The notes under the pieces: model-generated
What the model was told of the DNA's origin: nothing
Seen by the model: the letters and a program-made list of their open reading frames with translations, nothing else
Database searches by the model: none
NCBI GenBank assembly: GCA_965205865.1
Contig: CBDBHR010000030.1
Span: 1,216,001 to 1,280,000, forward strand
Origin: a bacterium
GTDB lineage: Bacteria; SAR324; NAC60-12
Reading direction: 5' to 3'
Length of the DNA: 64,000 nucleotides
In this document: one piece after another, positions 30,550 through 39,212 of the stretch
Layout of the letters: the number at the start of each line of letters is the position of its first letter
Position numbering within the stretch: the first letter of the stretch is position 1
Program-made: the position numbers and the translations under genes

Positions 30550-31977
30550 ATGACAAATGCGGAAGACAACATTCTGATGACAACCATTGCTGATGAGATA
30601 TTGAGAGAAGCGCTGCGTCGCAAAGGCATTGGACCGAAAGGAAGTAAAAAGCTACCCGCTTCGATGTTGCAACAAGTCCTCCCTATGCTTTCGGAAGCAG
30701 AAACCAACCGAACCACCGCGGCTGCTTTCTGGACAGCCTGTTTGTTGTTGGATAATTCTGATGAAGAAGAACAATACATCGCTCCCGTCAAACAACAACC
30801 AGGTCGATTTCTTTTACCGGAATTGCAGGCATTGACTACCCTAACAACGGATCGGAAATTTTCCGCCGAATTTTTAGCGATCATTCGTAAGTTGATTGAA
30901 AGGCGCGATCTGTCCGTTGCGGAAGCGCAAAATGCCATGGAATATTTTTGGAAAGATAGTGTTCCGGAATGGATGAAAGGGGCTTTCCTGCAAGCAGAGA
31001 GGATCAAACGGGAAAGTTTCGAGGAAAATATTGTATTTTTTGATTCCCTTTGGGTCCAAGGACAACGCATCGAAGTGGATCTGCCCACTTTAGTGGATTT
31101 ATGTGATAGTTATGATGGCACCAATCGCAGTTACCATTTGACCCCTTTTGTCGCGGCGCTGCTTGGCGCATCAGGGGTTCCCACCGTATTGCATGGCATT
31201 GAATCACTGGGTCCCAAATACGGCATCACTACGGCCCAAATTCTTCGCCAGGCCGGTAAATCCACAACGCACTCTTTGCGGCAAGCCAAAGAAAACCTGC
31301 TCAATCCGGATATTCATTGGTGTTACGTTGATCAATCCGTCTCCTTTCCGCAATTGTTTGCCATGCGCCGATTGCGTCATGATATGGTCAAACGTCCTTT
31401 TTTGGCGACTTTTGATAAATTGCTGCAACCCATTCACAATCGAAGGGGCAACATTGTCATTACCGGCTATGTCCATGCCCATTACCGAAGCGAGATCATC
31501 AAACTCCTGAGCCTGCGCAATCAGAACCACATGGCTTTCAACTTAAGGACCATTGAAGGGTCCACAAACTGCTGGGGGAAAAAACCCACTCCTTATATTG
31601 GTTTCCATCGAGGGGCCAACAATCTGAATTTGGGAGGAATGCAACTCCCCTGTTCAATGAATCCGGAACTTCCGGTTGCAGAGTTCCTCACTACAGAGGG
31701 GAATCATCTCGTAGAAGGAGAACTGTTGCCTGAAGATTTTGGCATTCACCGTGAGGATCATCGCTTGATCAAAGGGATTACGGCTTTGCAAACGGCTCGA
31801 GGCGGGCTCTCGGCTTTGCAAGGGGAACGCGGATTGATCCACGATTTACTGATCTATCAAGCCGCCGCATTTCTGTGGCTCAGTCGCGTGGCGCCCGGTA
31901 AAAGAGAGGCTGCTGAACAAGCTCGAGAGACTCTTCAATCAAAAAAAGCCTGGAGGCATTGGCAAAAACAAATCTGA
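30550..31977 (+). CDS. Anthranilate phosphoribosyltransferase-like (glycosyltransferase family 3, TrpD2/YbiB-like) protein
   Basis: GIGPKGSK, GAFLQAERIKRE, DSYDG.NR, LHG...GPKYG, KRPFLAT and GYVH motifs; lacks the canonical GTGGD of TrpD. Confidence 0.75.
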   Translation: MTNAEDNILMTTIADEILREALRRKGIGPKGSKKLPASMLQQVLPMLSEAETNRTTAAAFWTACLLLDNSDEEEQYIAPVKQQPGRFLLPELQALTTLTTDRKFSAEFLAIIRKLIERRDLSVAEAQNAMEYFWKDSVPEWMKGAFLQAERIKRESFEENIVFFDSLWVQGQRIEVDLPTLVDLCDSYDGTNRSYHLTPFVAALLGASGVPTVLHGIESLGPKYGITTAQILRQAGKSTTHSLRQAKENLLNPDIHWCYVDQSVSFPQLFAMRRLRHDMVKRPFLATFDKLLQPIHNRRGNIVITGYVHAHYRSEIIKLLSLRNQNHMAFNLRTIEGSTNCWGKKPTPYIGFHRGANNLNLGGMQLPCSMNPELPVAEFLTTEGNHLVEGELLPEDFGIHREDHRLIKGITALQTARGGLSALQGERGLIHDLLIYQAAAFLWLSRVAPGKREAAEQARETLQSKKAWRHWQKQI

Positions 31978-32053
31978 ATTTCACCTCTGTTTTATTTTTT
32001 TTACCACCTGACCGCTAGAAAATTCTCTGGTCTGAATAAAAGAAAAATATATT

Positions 32054-33301
32054 ATGTCTACTGCTCAAAAAGAATTATACGAACTCGGAGAAATGCCGGA
32101 ACCGGGAATGGTTCCACAGAAAATGCATGCCTTCCTGGTACGTCAGGATCGCTTTGGTGAACCTCGCAATGCCTGGAAAAGGGAAATCATCCCCACTCCC
32201 GAAATTGGCCCGAAAGACGTCCTGGTTTATGTGATGGCCAGCGGCATTAACTACAATAACGTTTGGGCTGCTTTGGGTTATCCGCTCGACGTGATTGCAG
32301 ATCGTCAGAAAAAAGGGGAGTCCGAAGATTTCCATGCTGGCGGCAGCGACTGTTCCGGGATTGTCTGGAAAGTAGGGAATGCGGTGAAAGACTGGAAAGT
32401 GGGGGATGAAGTGGTCGTTCACAGTGGTTGGTGGAAACCGGACGATCCCTGGGTGCTTTCAGGAAAAGATCCGATGCTTGCTTCCAGTACTCGAATTTGG
32501 GGTTATCAGACCAACTATGGCAGTTATTGTCAATTTGCCCGGGCGCAATCCCATCAATTGCAACCGAGGCCCCGGCATCTCACCTGGGAAGCCTCGGGTT
32601 GCTATATGTTGTGCGCATCCACGGCATACCGCATGCTGATGGGATGGGAATCTCATATCGTCGAGAAGGACGACGTGGTTCTGGTCTGGGGAGCTGCCGG
32701 AGGACTCGGCAGTTTGGCATTACAAATCACCGCTGCTCACGGAGGGAAACCGGTTGCAGTGATTTCTGATGAAGACAAACGACAATACTGTTTGAACCAT
32801 GGCGCTGTAGGAGTGATCAACCGCAAGGACTTTGACCATTGGGGTCCCATGCCTGACACGACGACAGCGGAATATAATCCTTGGATTAAAGCGGCGCGTT
32901 CTTTCGGCAAAGCAATTTGGCAAATCCTGGGAGAGCGTAAAAATCCCCGCATTGTCTTTGAGCATCCTGGAGAATCCACCTTACCCACTTCTGGCTTTGT
33001 ATGTGACACGGGTGGTATGATTGTGATTTGCGCAGGAACCAGCGGATACAACATCACTATGGATTTACGTTACCATTGGATGATGCAGAAACGCTTCCAG
33101 GGCAGTCACCTTTCCAATGATGAGCAGGCTGCCGCCGTAAACCGGCTTATTGCTGATAAAAAAGTGGATCCCTGCTTATCCGAGACCTTGACTTTCGACC
33201 AAATTGGCTATGCCCATCAGATGATGCATGAAAACAAACACCCCTATGGCAATATGGCCTGCCTGGTCAACGCCACGGAGAAAGGGCAGGGCGCTTCTTG
33301 A
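32054..33301 (+). CDS. ccr: Crotonyl-CoA carboxylase/reductase family enoyl-CoA reductase
   Basis: GINYNNVWA, GSDCSGIVW, VWGAAGGLGS, VFEHPG, CAGTSGY and WMMQKRFQGSH motifs. Confidence 0.9.
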   Translation: MSTAQKELYELGEMPEPGMVPQKMHAFLVRQDRFGEPRNAWKREIIPTPEIGPKDVLVYVMASGINYNNVWAALGYPLDVIADRQKKGESEDFHAGGSDCSGIVWKVGNAVKDWKVGDEVVVHSGWWKPDDPWVLSGKDPMLASSTRIWGYQTNYGSYCQFARAQSHQLQPRPRHLTWEASGCYMLCASTAYRMLMGWESHIVEKDDVVLVWGAAGGLGSLALQITAAHGGKPVAVISDEDKRQYCLNHGAVGVINRKDFDHWGPMPDTTTAEYNPWIKAARSFGKAIWQILGERKNPRIVFEHPGESTLPTSGFVCDTGGMIVICAGTSGYNITMDLRYHWMMQKRFQGSHLSNDEQAAAVNRLIADKKVDPCLSETLTFDQIGYAHQMMHENKHPYGNMACLVNATEKGQGAS

Positions 33302-33319
33302 TGATAAAAATCAATCACT

Positions 33320-33400
33320 GTAACGATTCGGGATTCTTCGGAGACTCCTTCGATTTGAGCACGCATTTTGCGTCATGAAATAGAGAAAGGATTTTATGTT
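33320..33400 (+). mobile_element. Isolated IS66-like element end
   Basis: GTAACGATTCGGG...CTTCGATTTGAGCACGCATTTTGCG...AAAGGATTTTATG aligns over about 80 bp with the reverse complement of 43917-43997. Confidence 0.6.
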
Positions 33401-33537
33401 TTGGGTGGTATTCAGGATACAGATCTTATGGAGGATGGGAGAACAGATGCTCTTTCTGTTTGACCTAGTCCAGTTGTTTCTCCAGGTAGTAACTGATGTT
33501 ACGTGCACGATTTTTGCAGTTATGCGTCTCATCGAGT

Positions 33538-33914
33538 TGTCATTCCTGGCGAAGACCAGGAATCCACTTTGCTAGCGATCCAGGGTGACTAAAACGTTTC
33601 ATATAAATCTATCCATTGAGGATTATTTTTCTCAATGAGTTCGATTTTCCAAGCTCGTTTCCATTTCTTACGTTGTTTTTCTCTCCGGAGAGCAGCTGTT
33701 ACCTCTGAAGTGGTCTCATGGTATATCAATTGATGTACTTGGTATTTACTGGTAAATCCTTCTATGAGATTGTTTTTATGTTCATAAACTCTTCTAAGAA
33801 GATCATTGGTCACTCCAATATATAAAGTGCCAATTCTTTTACTTGCTAAGATATAAACGTAGTAGGTTTTCATGATGGCGACTCCTGGATTCCTGGTCTT
33901 CGCCAGGAATGACA
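33538..33914 (-). mobile_element. 377-bp cassette: GIY-YIG gene between perfect 29-bp inverted hairpin repeats
   Basis: TGTCATTCCTGGCGAAGACCAGGAATCCA (33538-33566) and its exact reverse complement (33886-33914); AT-rich interior. Confidence 0.85.
33589..33873 (-). CDS. Stand-alone GIY-YIG nuclease family protein (94 aa)
   Basis: YYVYILAS...TLYIGVTNDLLRRVYEHK...FTSKY...ALRREKQRKKWKR.WK..LIE..NP.W.DL; conserved Y, R, H and E residues present; AGGAG RBS. Confidence 0.93.
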   Translation of the reverse strand: MKTYYVYILASKRIGTLYIGVTNDLLRRVYEHKNNLIEGFTSKYQVHQLIYHETTSEVTAALRREKQRKKWKRAWKIELIEKNNPQWIDLYETF

Positions 33915-33978
33915 CACTTGTGGGGAAGCGTATTCATGGAAACCGCTGAATGCAAAAAATATTCATGTAACATGACGT

Positions 33979-34442
33979 CTCGACTTTGAACATTTTATCC
34001 AACTTTTGGGTTTAATAAAATCAATGTCTTACGAATCTGTATTGGAATTAATACAGGTCGTATCATCAAAAATGGAAAACAGTAACCTGTATTAATTTTT
34101 TACAGAATTTCAACCAATTGATATTATTGAATAATGAAAATTAAAAGAATAAAGAATCCACCTTCTTAGAAGGTGGTTTTGATGGGCCCCTGGAAGGGGC
34201 GGCTCGTGATCGTACTCGTGAGCCGTGCTCGTGAACGAAACGGCATCCCAGAGAATCCAGGATTCCCTGCCGTCTCTTCTATTCGTAATCCCCATCTCAA
34301 GGGAATCGGGAACGTTTCTATCGAGCACGTGCACGAGCACGATTACGAACACGAGCACGTTTCTGGCAGAGCCGATTATCTCTGACCACGCCCAAAGGAC
34401 GTGGTTTCATCAGATAAAATAAATCGAATGTCCAAAGTCCAG
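33979..34442. mobile_element. Possible MITE enclosing inverted hexamer-repeat tracts
   Basis: Left end CTCGACTTTGAACATT versus right-end reverse complement CTGGACTTTGGACATT (14/16). Inside, (CTCGTG)n at 34203-34236 faces (CACGAG)n at 34321-34359. Confidence 0.45.
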
Positions 34443-34803
34443 GAGGGGGAATAAAGTTGTTGTTTTTTTCTGAGGGTTAAAGAATTTCTGCTGGTCTTTT
34501 GCTTTCTCTTGTGATAGTTCTCGAGAAATCGTCTTTGGCTGAAGGTTTTATTTCAATTTCGCTCATATTTATTTAGCCGAAAGTCATGTAAAACATCATA
34601 TCCTCACCAGAGGATTTTTAGAAACTGTCAACGGGGAATTGAAAAGTGCCAAAAATGTTGACTTCCGTATTTCTATATGAAAAAGTATTTTCGTTGATCA
34701 TAAGAATACACTCATGAATGAATGAGTCGCCATATTTAAAAAAATCTTGATACGTTTGCAGAGCGATTATAATATTTTATTCCAGGGACGGAAAAGCAAT
34801 AAT

Positions 34804-34844
34804 GAGATCCTTCGCTTTGCCGCTCGGCGTACCGTCAGGATGAC
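34804..34844. repeat. TGTCAT-type hairpin variant (GAGATCCTTCGCT...CAGGATGACA)
   Basis: Ends in GGATGACA like the other copies; loop expanded. Confidence 0.55.
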
Positions 34845-34920
34845 ATGAAAGTCTGAAATTAACCCGTTTCAAGTATAAAAAATCTTGATAATGAGGTGGA
34901 TATGAGAGTAAACTCAAAAA

Positions 34921-34988
34921 CCAGTTCCCAGTTCCCAGTTCCCAGTTCCCAGTTCCCAGTTCCCAGTTCCCAGTTCCCAGTTCCCAGT
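34921..34988. repeat. Perfect heptamer tandem repeat (CCAGTTC) x 9.7
   Basis: Read directly; followed by degenerate units to about 35025. Confidence 0.97.
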
Positions 34989-35227
34989 AATAAGTTCCGA
35001 GCACCAAGCTCCCAATCACAAGTTCTACCTCCTTATATTATCTCGACTTCAGGGAGAGATCCCTAAGATTCCTCGTTCCCAATTCCCCGTTCCGGGAACG
35101 GAACGGCAATGGGGAATTTGGAAAATCATCGACGCCTGAGTGCGTCGGTTTATGGTTCATTGCCCAATCCTGGAGCCAATGAATCGGTTTTTTGATCACT
35201 TGAAAATGAAGGAGACCCAATGTGTAG

Positions 35228-35392
35228 AGCAATCGTCGAGAACATGCTTTCTGGAACGAAAGCAGGTTTTAAAGCAACCCGCAATCTTGTTTTTAATCAA
35301 AAAGCAAAAAGGAGCACCATGAACCGTCAAAAAAGTAGAGAAATCGTCGAGAACGTGCTTTCGGGAATCAAAGCAGGTTTTAAATCAATCCT
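35228..35392 (+). repeat. Direct repeat of about 54 bp with a period of about 110 bp, in the SBP2 leader
   Basis: GAG(C/A)AATCGTCGAGAAC(A/G)TGCTTTC.GGAA..AAAGCAGGTTTTAAA.CAA.CC occurs twice. Confidence 0.85.
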
Positions 35393-35423
35393 TAATTATG
35401 AACATCCATTCGAAAGGAAAAAG

Positions 35424-37193
35424 ATGTTTAATCAAAGAAGCAGCTCAAAATTGAGCGCAACCCTGCTGGCTCTCATCCTGGGAGCAAGCGTCTTCATGGC
35501 TGGCCAGGTCTGGGCAGCCAAGTATGTGACGGACCCCACCAACGGCAAGATAGTGACCGCTCCGGAATACGGCGGGACATTCACCTATGCCATGAATAAC
35601 GAACCTACCGCAGTTGACGTCTGGTTCCACCACGGGGCGGTACCTGTCATCAGTGGTGTTTTAGAGAAGCTAGGCACCGTGAACTGGGGAATAGATAGGG
35701 CCGAATATAACTTCGTGGGTCTGGTCCAGCCTGAATTTGCCACGACAGGGCAGCTGGCGGAAAGCTGGGAGATGCCCGACGACAGAACCATTGTCGTCAA
35801 AGTCCGCCAAGGCGTTCACTGGCATAATAAGGCACCGATGATCGGTCGGGAGCTGACTGCCAAGGATATCGAATACAACTTTCACCGCTTGATGGGTCTG
35901 GGCAAGTTTGCCGAAGCCGGACCTACCAACATTACCCAGGTTCTCAGAACTGTGTCATTCGAATCGATAACGGCCACCGACAAATGGACGGTTGTTTTTA
36001 AGCTGAAGAAGCCACACCTCGGTGCGCTGATGGGTATCCTCGAGGACTGGATTGCTTATATGTACCCCCCCGAGGTATTCGAGCAATACGGCGACGCTCA
36101 GGATTGGAGGAACCTGGTCGGTACCGGGCCCTTTATGCTGACTGACTGGGTCGAGGGCAGCTCTATGACCTGGGACAAGAATCCTGACTACTGGGGCTAC
36201 GACGAAAAATACTCGCAGAACCGGCTGCCCTATGTTGACCAGATAAGGGCCCTGACTATGCCCGAAGTGGCAACACAACGGGCGGGACTGCGCTCGGGTA
36301 AGCTTGATGGCTTGTATGGCGGGACTGCGATAAAGTCTGTCGACGCGGCAGAGAGCCTTGAGCGGGCCAACCCCGAAATCAAGCTGTGGAAGAGGGTCAC
36401 TGCTTCGGTCTTTAGTACTGGTCTTAACATCAATAAGCCGCCCTTTAACGACATCAGGGTGCGCAAGGCAATGCAGATGGCACTGGACCTTGAGACAATT
36501 AACAGTGCCTTCTTTAAGGGTCATGGAGATACGACACCTCACGGGCAGGTAGGGGATGCTGTCCCCGGGTATTTCATCCCATTTGAAGAGTGGCCCGCCG
36601 AGCTCAAGAAAGTCTATGACTATAACCCGGAAGGGGCAGAAGCCTTGATTGATGCGGCTGGGTATCCGCGCGGCGCCGACGGCATTAGATTCAAGACCAA
36701 GTTGATGCACAACGTGCACAAGGATTTGAACTATTACCAATTACTCGCTGCATACTGGAATAAGATTGGCATTGACGTTGAGATTGATTTTCCGCCTATT
36801 GCTACCTGGGTGGCTAGAAGAACCTCTCGGGATTTCGAAATGATCGAACACGAAATGGCCTATGGGAGTCTGTCTGATCCTCTCAATCCTGTGAACCGCT
36901 TTACCAACGTTCCGTGGAACAGCGCCGCAGTGGAGGACCCGGTTTATGACGCCATGTTTGAAGCCGCCGGAGCCGCTACCACCATCGAGGAGCTGCAGAG
37001 GCTGGTTAAAGAGCTGGATATGTACGCGATAGAGAGGCACTGGACCGTATGGAGTCCTATGAATCCAAATTTTGACGCCTTCCAGCCGTGGATCAAAGGT
37101 TACGACGGTGAATTCACGTTGTCATACATTCATAGACATTTCGTCCTCGCCCGCCTCTGGATTGACCAGGAACTGAAGGACAGGACCCAGTAA
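35424..37193 (+). CDS. ABC transporter substrate-binding protein, family 5, cassette 2
   Basis: Paralogue of 5467-7224 (VTDPT.GK.V.APEYGGTF, LAESWEM, NLVGTGPF, ARLWIDQELK). Confidence 0.92.
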   Translation: MFNQRSSSKLSATLLALILGASVFMAGQVWAAKYVTDPTNGKIVTAPEYGGTFTYAMNNEPTAVDVWFHHGAVPVISGVLEKLGTVNWGIDRAEYNFVGLVQPEFATTGQLAESWEMPDDRTIVVKVRQGVHWHNKAPMIGRELTAKDIEYNFHRLMGLGKFAEAGPTNITQVLRTVSFESITATDKWTVVFKLKKPHLGALMGILEDWIAYMYPPEVFEQYGDAQDWRNLVGTGPFMLTDWVEGSSMTWDKNPDYWGYDEKYSQNRLPYVDQIRALTMPEVATQRAGLRSGKLDGLYGGTAIKSVDAAESLERANPEIKLWKRVTASVFSTGLNINKPPFNDIRVRKAMQMALDLETINSAFFKGHGDTTPHGQVGDAVPGYFIPFEEWPAELKKVYDYNPEGAEALIDAAGYPRGADGIRFKTKLMHNVHKDLNYYQLLAAYWNKIGIDVEIDFPPIATWVARRTSRDFEMIEHEMAYGSLSDPLNPVNRFTNVPWNSAAVEDPVYDAMFEAAGAATTIEELQRLVKELDMYAIERHWTVWSPMNPNFDAFQPWIKGYDGEFTLSYIHRHFVLARLWIDQELKDRTQ

Positions 37194-37214
37194 CAGGCCG
37201 ACTGGAAGTACTTA

Positions 37215-37240
37215 TGGACCGGGCAGTACTGCCCGGTCCA
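37215..37240. terminator. Perfect 26-bp palindrome after SBP2 (stem-loop; mRNA stabiliser or terminator)
   Basis: TGGACCGGGCAGTACTGCCCGGTCCA; no U-tract. Confidence 0.5.
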
Positions 37241-37242
37241 CT

Positions 37243-37413
37243 CTAGTACTGCTGTCAGAAAATGGTTTGACCTTCTGTTAAGGTAATAATGAGTCCTGTT
37301 TGTCATTCCGGGCGAAGACCCGGAATCCGGGGGACTTACCCTAGAACTCCCAGATCCCGGATCAAGTCCGGGATGACACAGAATGGGTCAATCACTTCGT
37401 AACGCCTGTACCA
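37243..37413. mobile_element. MITE with imperfect IS630-like ends enclosing a TGTCAT doublet (37301-37378)
   Basis: Left end CTAGTACTGCTGTCAGAAAATGGTTTGACC versus right-end reverse complement CTGGTACAGGCGTTACGAAGTGATTGACCC. The same right end recurs at 40258-40287. Confidence 0.6.
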
Positions 37414-37462
37414 GGATACACCGCGTTTCCCTGCCAATTTCAAAAATGATGAGGTCCGTCCC

Positions 37463-38470
37463 ATGAGAGCCTATATCATCAGGCGCTTATTGCTGATAAT
37501 CCCCACCTTGTTTATATTGACCATCCTGGTCTTTCTCTCGGTGCGCTTCATCCCGGGCGATGTCATAGACGTAATGATGAGTAGGATGGAAATGTACTTT
37601 AACTGGGACGAACGTGACCGTGAAGTTCTTGAGCATAAGCTGGGATTAAACGTGCCTGTGCACGTGCAGTATGGACGCTGGATAGGAGTGTTGCCGACCC
37701 CTGACTGGGTTACCGGTGAGTCCCGCTACAACGGTCTCCTCCAGGGCACCCTTGGCCAGTCACTGCTTCGCGGCCAGGAGGCGGTAGAGGAGAAGATAAT
37801 AGGTAGATTGCCAGTGACCATTGAGCTTGGAGTCATGGCAATCGTGATCGGGCTCGTGATAGCGCTGCCAGTCGGCATCTATTCGGCGATTCGGCAGGAT
37901 ACAGCCGCCGACTACGCGGGGCGCTCCATCGCCGTCATCGGCCTGGCAACGCCTAACTTCTGGCTGGGCATCATGGTCATGATCTTCCCGGCACTCTGGT
38001 GGGGCTGGTCGCCACCGATGGAGCTGGTTTCTTTCACGGAAGACCCGCTGGGGAATCTCGGGGTGTTCCTCATTCCCAGTCTGATTCTGGGGACGGCCAT
38101 GGCTGCAGCCACAATGCGGATGACGCGCACCATGATGCTGGAGGTGCTCAGGCAAGACTATATCAGGACCGCCTGGTCAAAGGGACTCAAGGAGAAGGTC
38201 GTGGTGATCAGACACGCCCTCAAGAATGCCCTCATCCCGGTCGTGACCCTGATCGGCTTGCAGTTGCCGATCCTGGTCGGCGGCGCCGTGATCATGGAGA
38301 ACATCTTCAACCTGCCGGGGCTCGGGCGTCTCTTGCTGAATGCCCTCAATGACAGAGACTACCCGATGGTTTCCGGAATAAACCTGGTTTTCGCCACTGG
38401 CGTGGTGGGGATCAATCTATTTATCGACCTGTTCTATGCCTTCTTGGACCCAAGGGTGCGGTATGAGTGA
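37463..38470 (+). CDS. ABC transporter permease, DppB/OppB-like, cassette 2
   Basis: Close paralogue of 7330-8286. Confidence 0.92.
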   Translation: MRAYIIRRLLLIIPTLFILTILVFLSVRFIPGDVIDVMMSRMEMYFNWDERDREVLEHKLGLNVPVHVQYGRWIGVLPTPDWVTGESRYNGLLQGTLGQSLLRGQEAVEEKIIGRLPVTIELGVMAIVIGLVIALPVGIYSAIRQDTAADYAGRSIAVIGLATPNFWLGIMVMIFPALWWGWSPPMELVSFTEDPLGNLGVFLIPSLILGTAMAAATMRMTRTMMLEVLRQDYIRTAWSKGLKEKVVVIRHALKNALIPVVTLIGLQLPILVGGAVIMENIFNLPGLGRLLLNALNDRDYPMVSGINLVFATGVVGINLFIDLFYAFLDPRVRYE

Positions 38471-39209
38471 ATCAAAGCGACGGGGCCGGCTGTCGGATTT
38501 CTTCATCAGGCTGCTCAAGGAGAAGCCGCTCGGTACTGTCGGTCTGGCCGCGACGGCGCTGAATGTGCTCATCGCAGTCCTGATCGGCGGCACTTCCGGA
38601 TTCATTGGCGGGAAATTCGACCTGGTGGTGCAGCGCTTTGTCGATGCCTGGATGTTTCCCGGGACTGCTGCTCTTGTTAACCATCATGTCCATCGTGGGG
38701 CGGGGTTTGCCACAGATCATCCTGGTCCTGGGGGTCACCGGAGGCATCGGCGGCTCCCGAGTCATCCGAGGTGCCGTAGTGGGCATTAAAGAGAATGACT
38801 ATTTTCTGGCAGCCCGGCCGTAGGCACTCCCACGCGCCATATCCTGATCCGGCATGTCCTGCCCAATATCATGGCGCCCCTGATCATCATCTTCTCGATC
38901 AACATTGGCGGCGTTATCATTACCGAGGCATCGCTGAGCTTCCTCGGATACGGGCCGCCCGTCGAGTTACCCAGCTGGGGTGGCATGCTCAGCCGGGAAG
39001 GACGCACCTACATGGAGATGGCGCCCTGGCTGGCGCTCTTTCCCGGTCTTGCCCTGACGATTGTCGTCTACTCCCTCAACATGTTCGGCGATGCCATGCG
39101 GGACCTGCTCGATCCCCGGCTTCGGGGTGGTGAGGGTCGTTACGGCACCGCAAAAGGGAGACGCAAAAGAGGTCTCCTGGCCCGATTGATCAACCCTTTC
39201 AACTGGTAA
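38463..39209 (+). pseudogene. DppC/OppC-like permease pseudogene, cassette 2
   Basis: Compared with 8765-9733: a 64-codon in-frame deletion (EKPLGT|VGLAAT) and frameshifts near 38655 and 38815; same C-terminus RGLLARLINPFNW. Confidence 0.88.
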
Positions 39210-39212
39210 GCG

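Noticed and set aside
33874-33915. N-terminal extension MSFLAKTRNPGVAI of the GIY-YIG ORF
   Set aside because: It is the translated inverted repeat; the AGGAG RBS points to ATG 33873.
34037-34104. CTGT...ACAG motifs as LexA boxes
   Set aside because: Spacing is N11-N12, not the N8 of the E. coli-type SOS box.
34777-35019. ORF with WELGTGN repeats
   Set aside because: It is simply the translation of the CCAGTTC microsatellite.
35955-36740. Long antisense ORFs over the ABC genes and other CDSs (e.g. 261 aa here, 258 aa at 42556, 231 aa at 53712)
   Set aside because: Shadow ORFs on the opposite strand of well-supported genes, with no motifs of their own.
38967-39212. Full-length 159-aa VapC
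   Set aside because: The C-terminal half is antisense read-through of the permease pseudogene; the later PIN acidic residues are absent.
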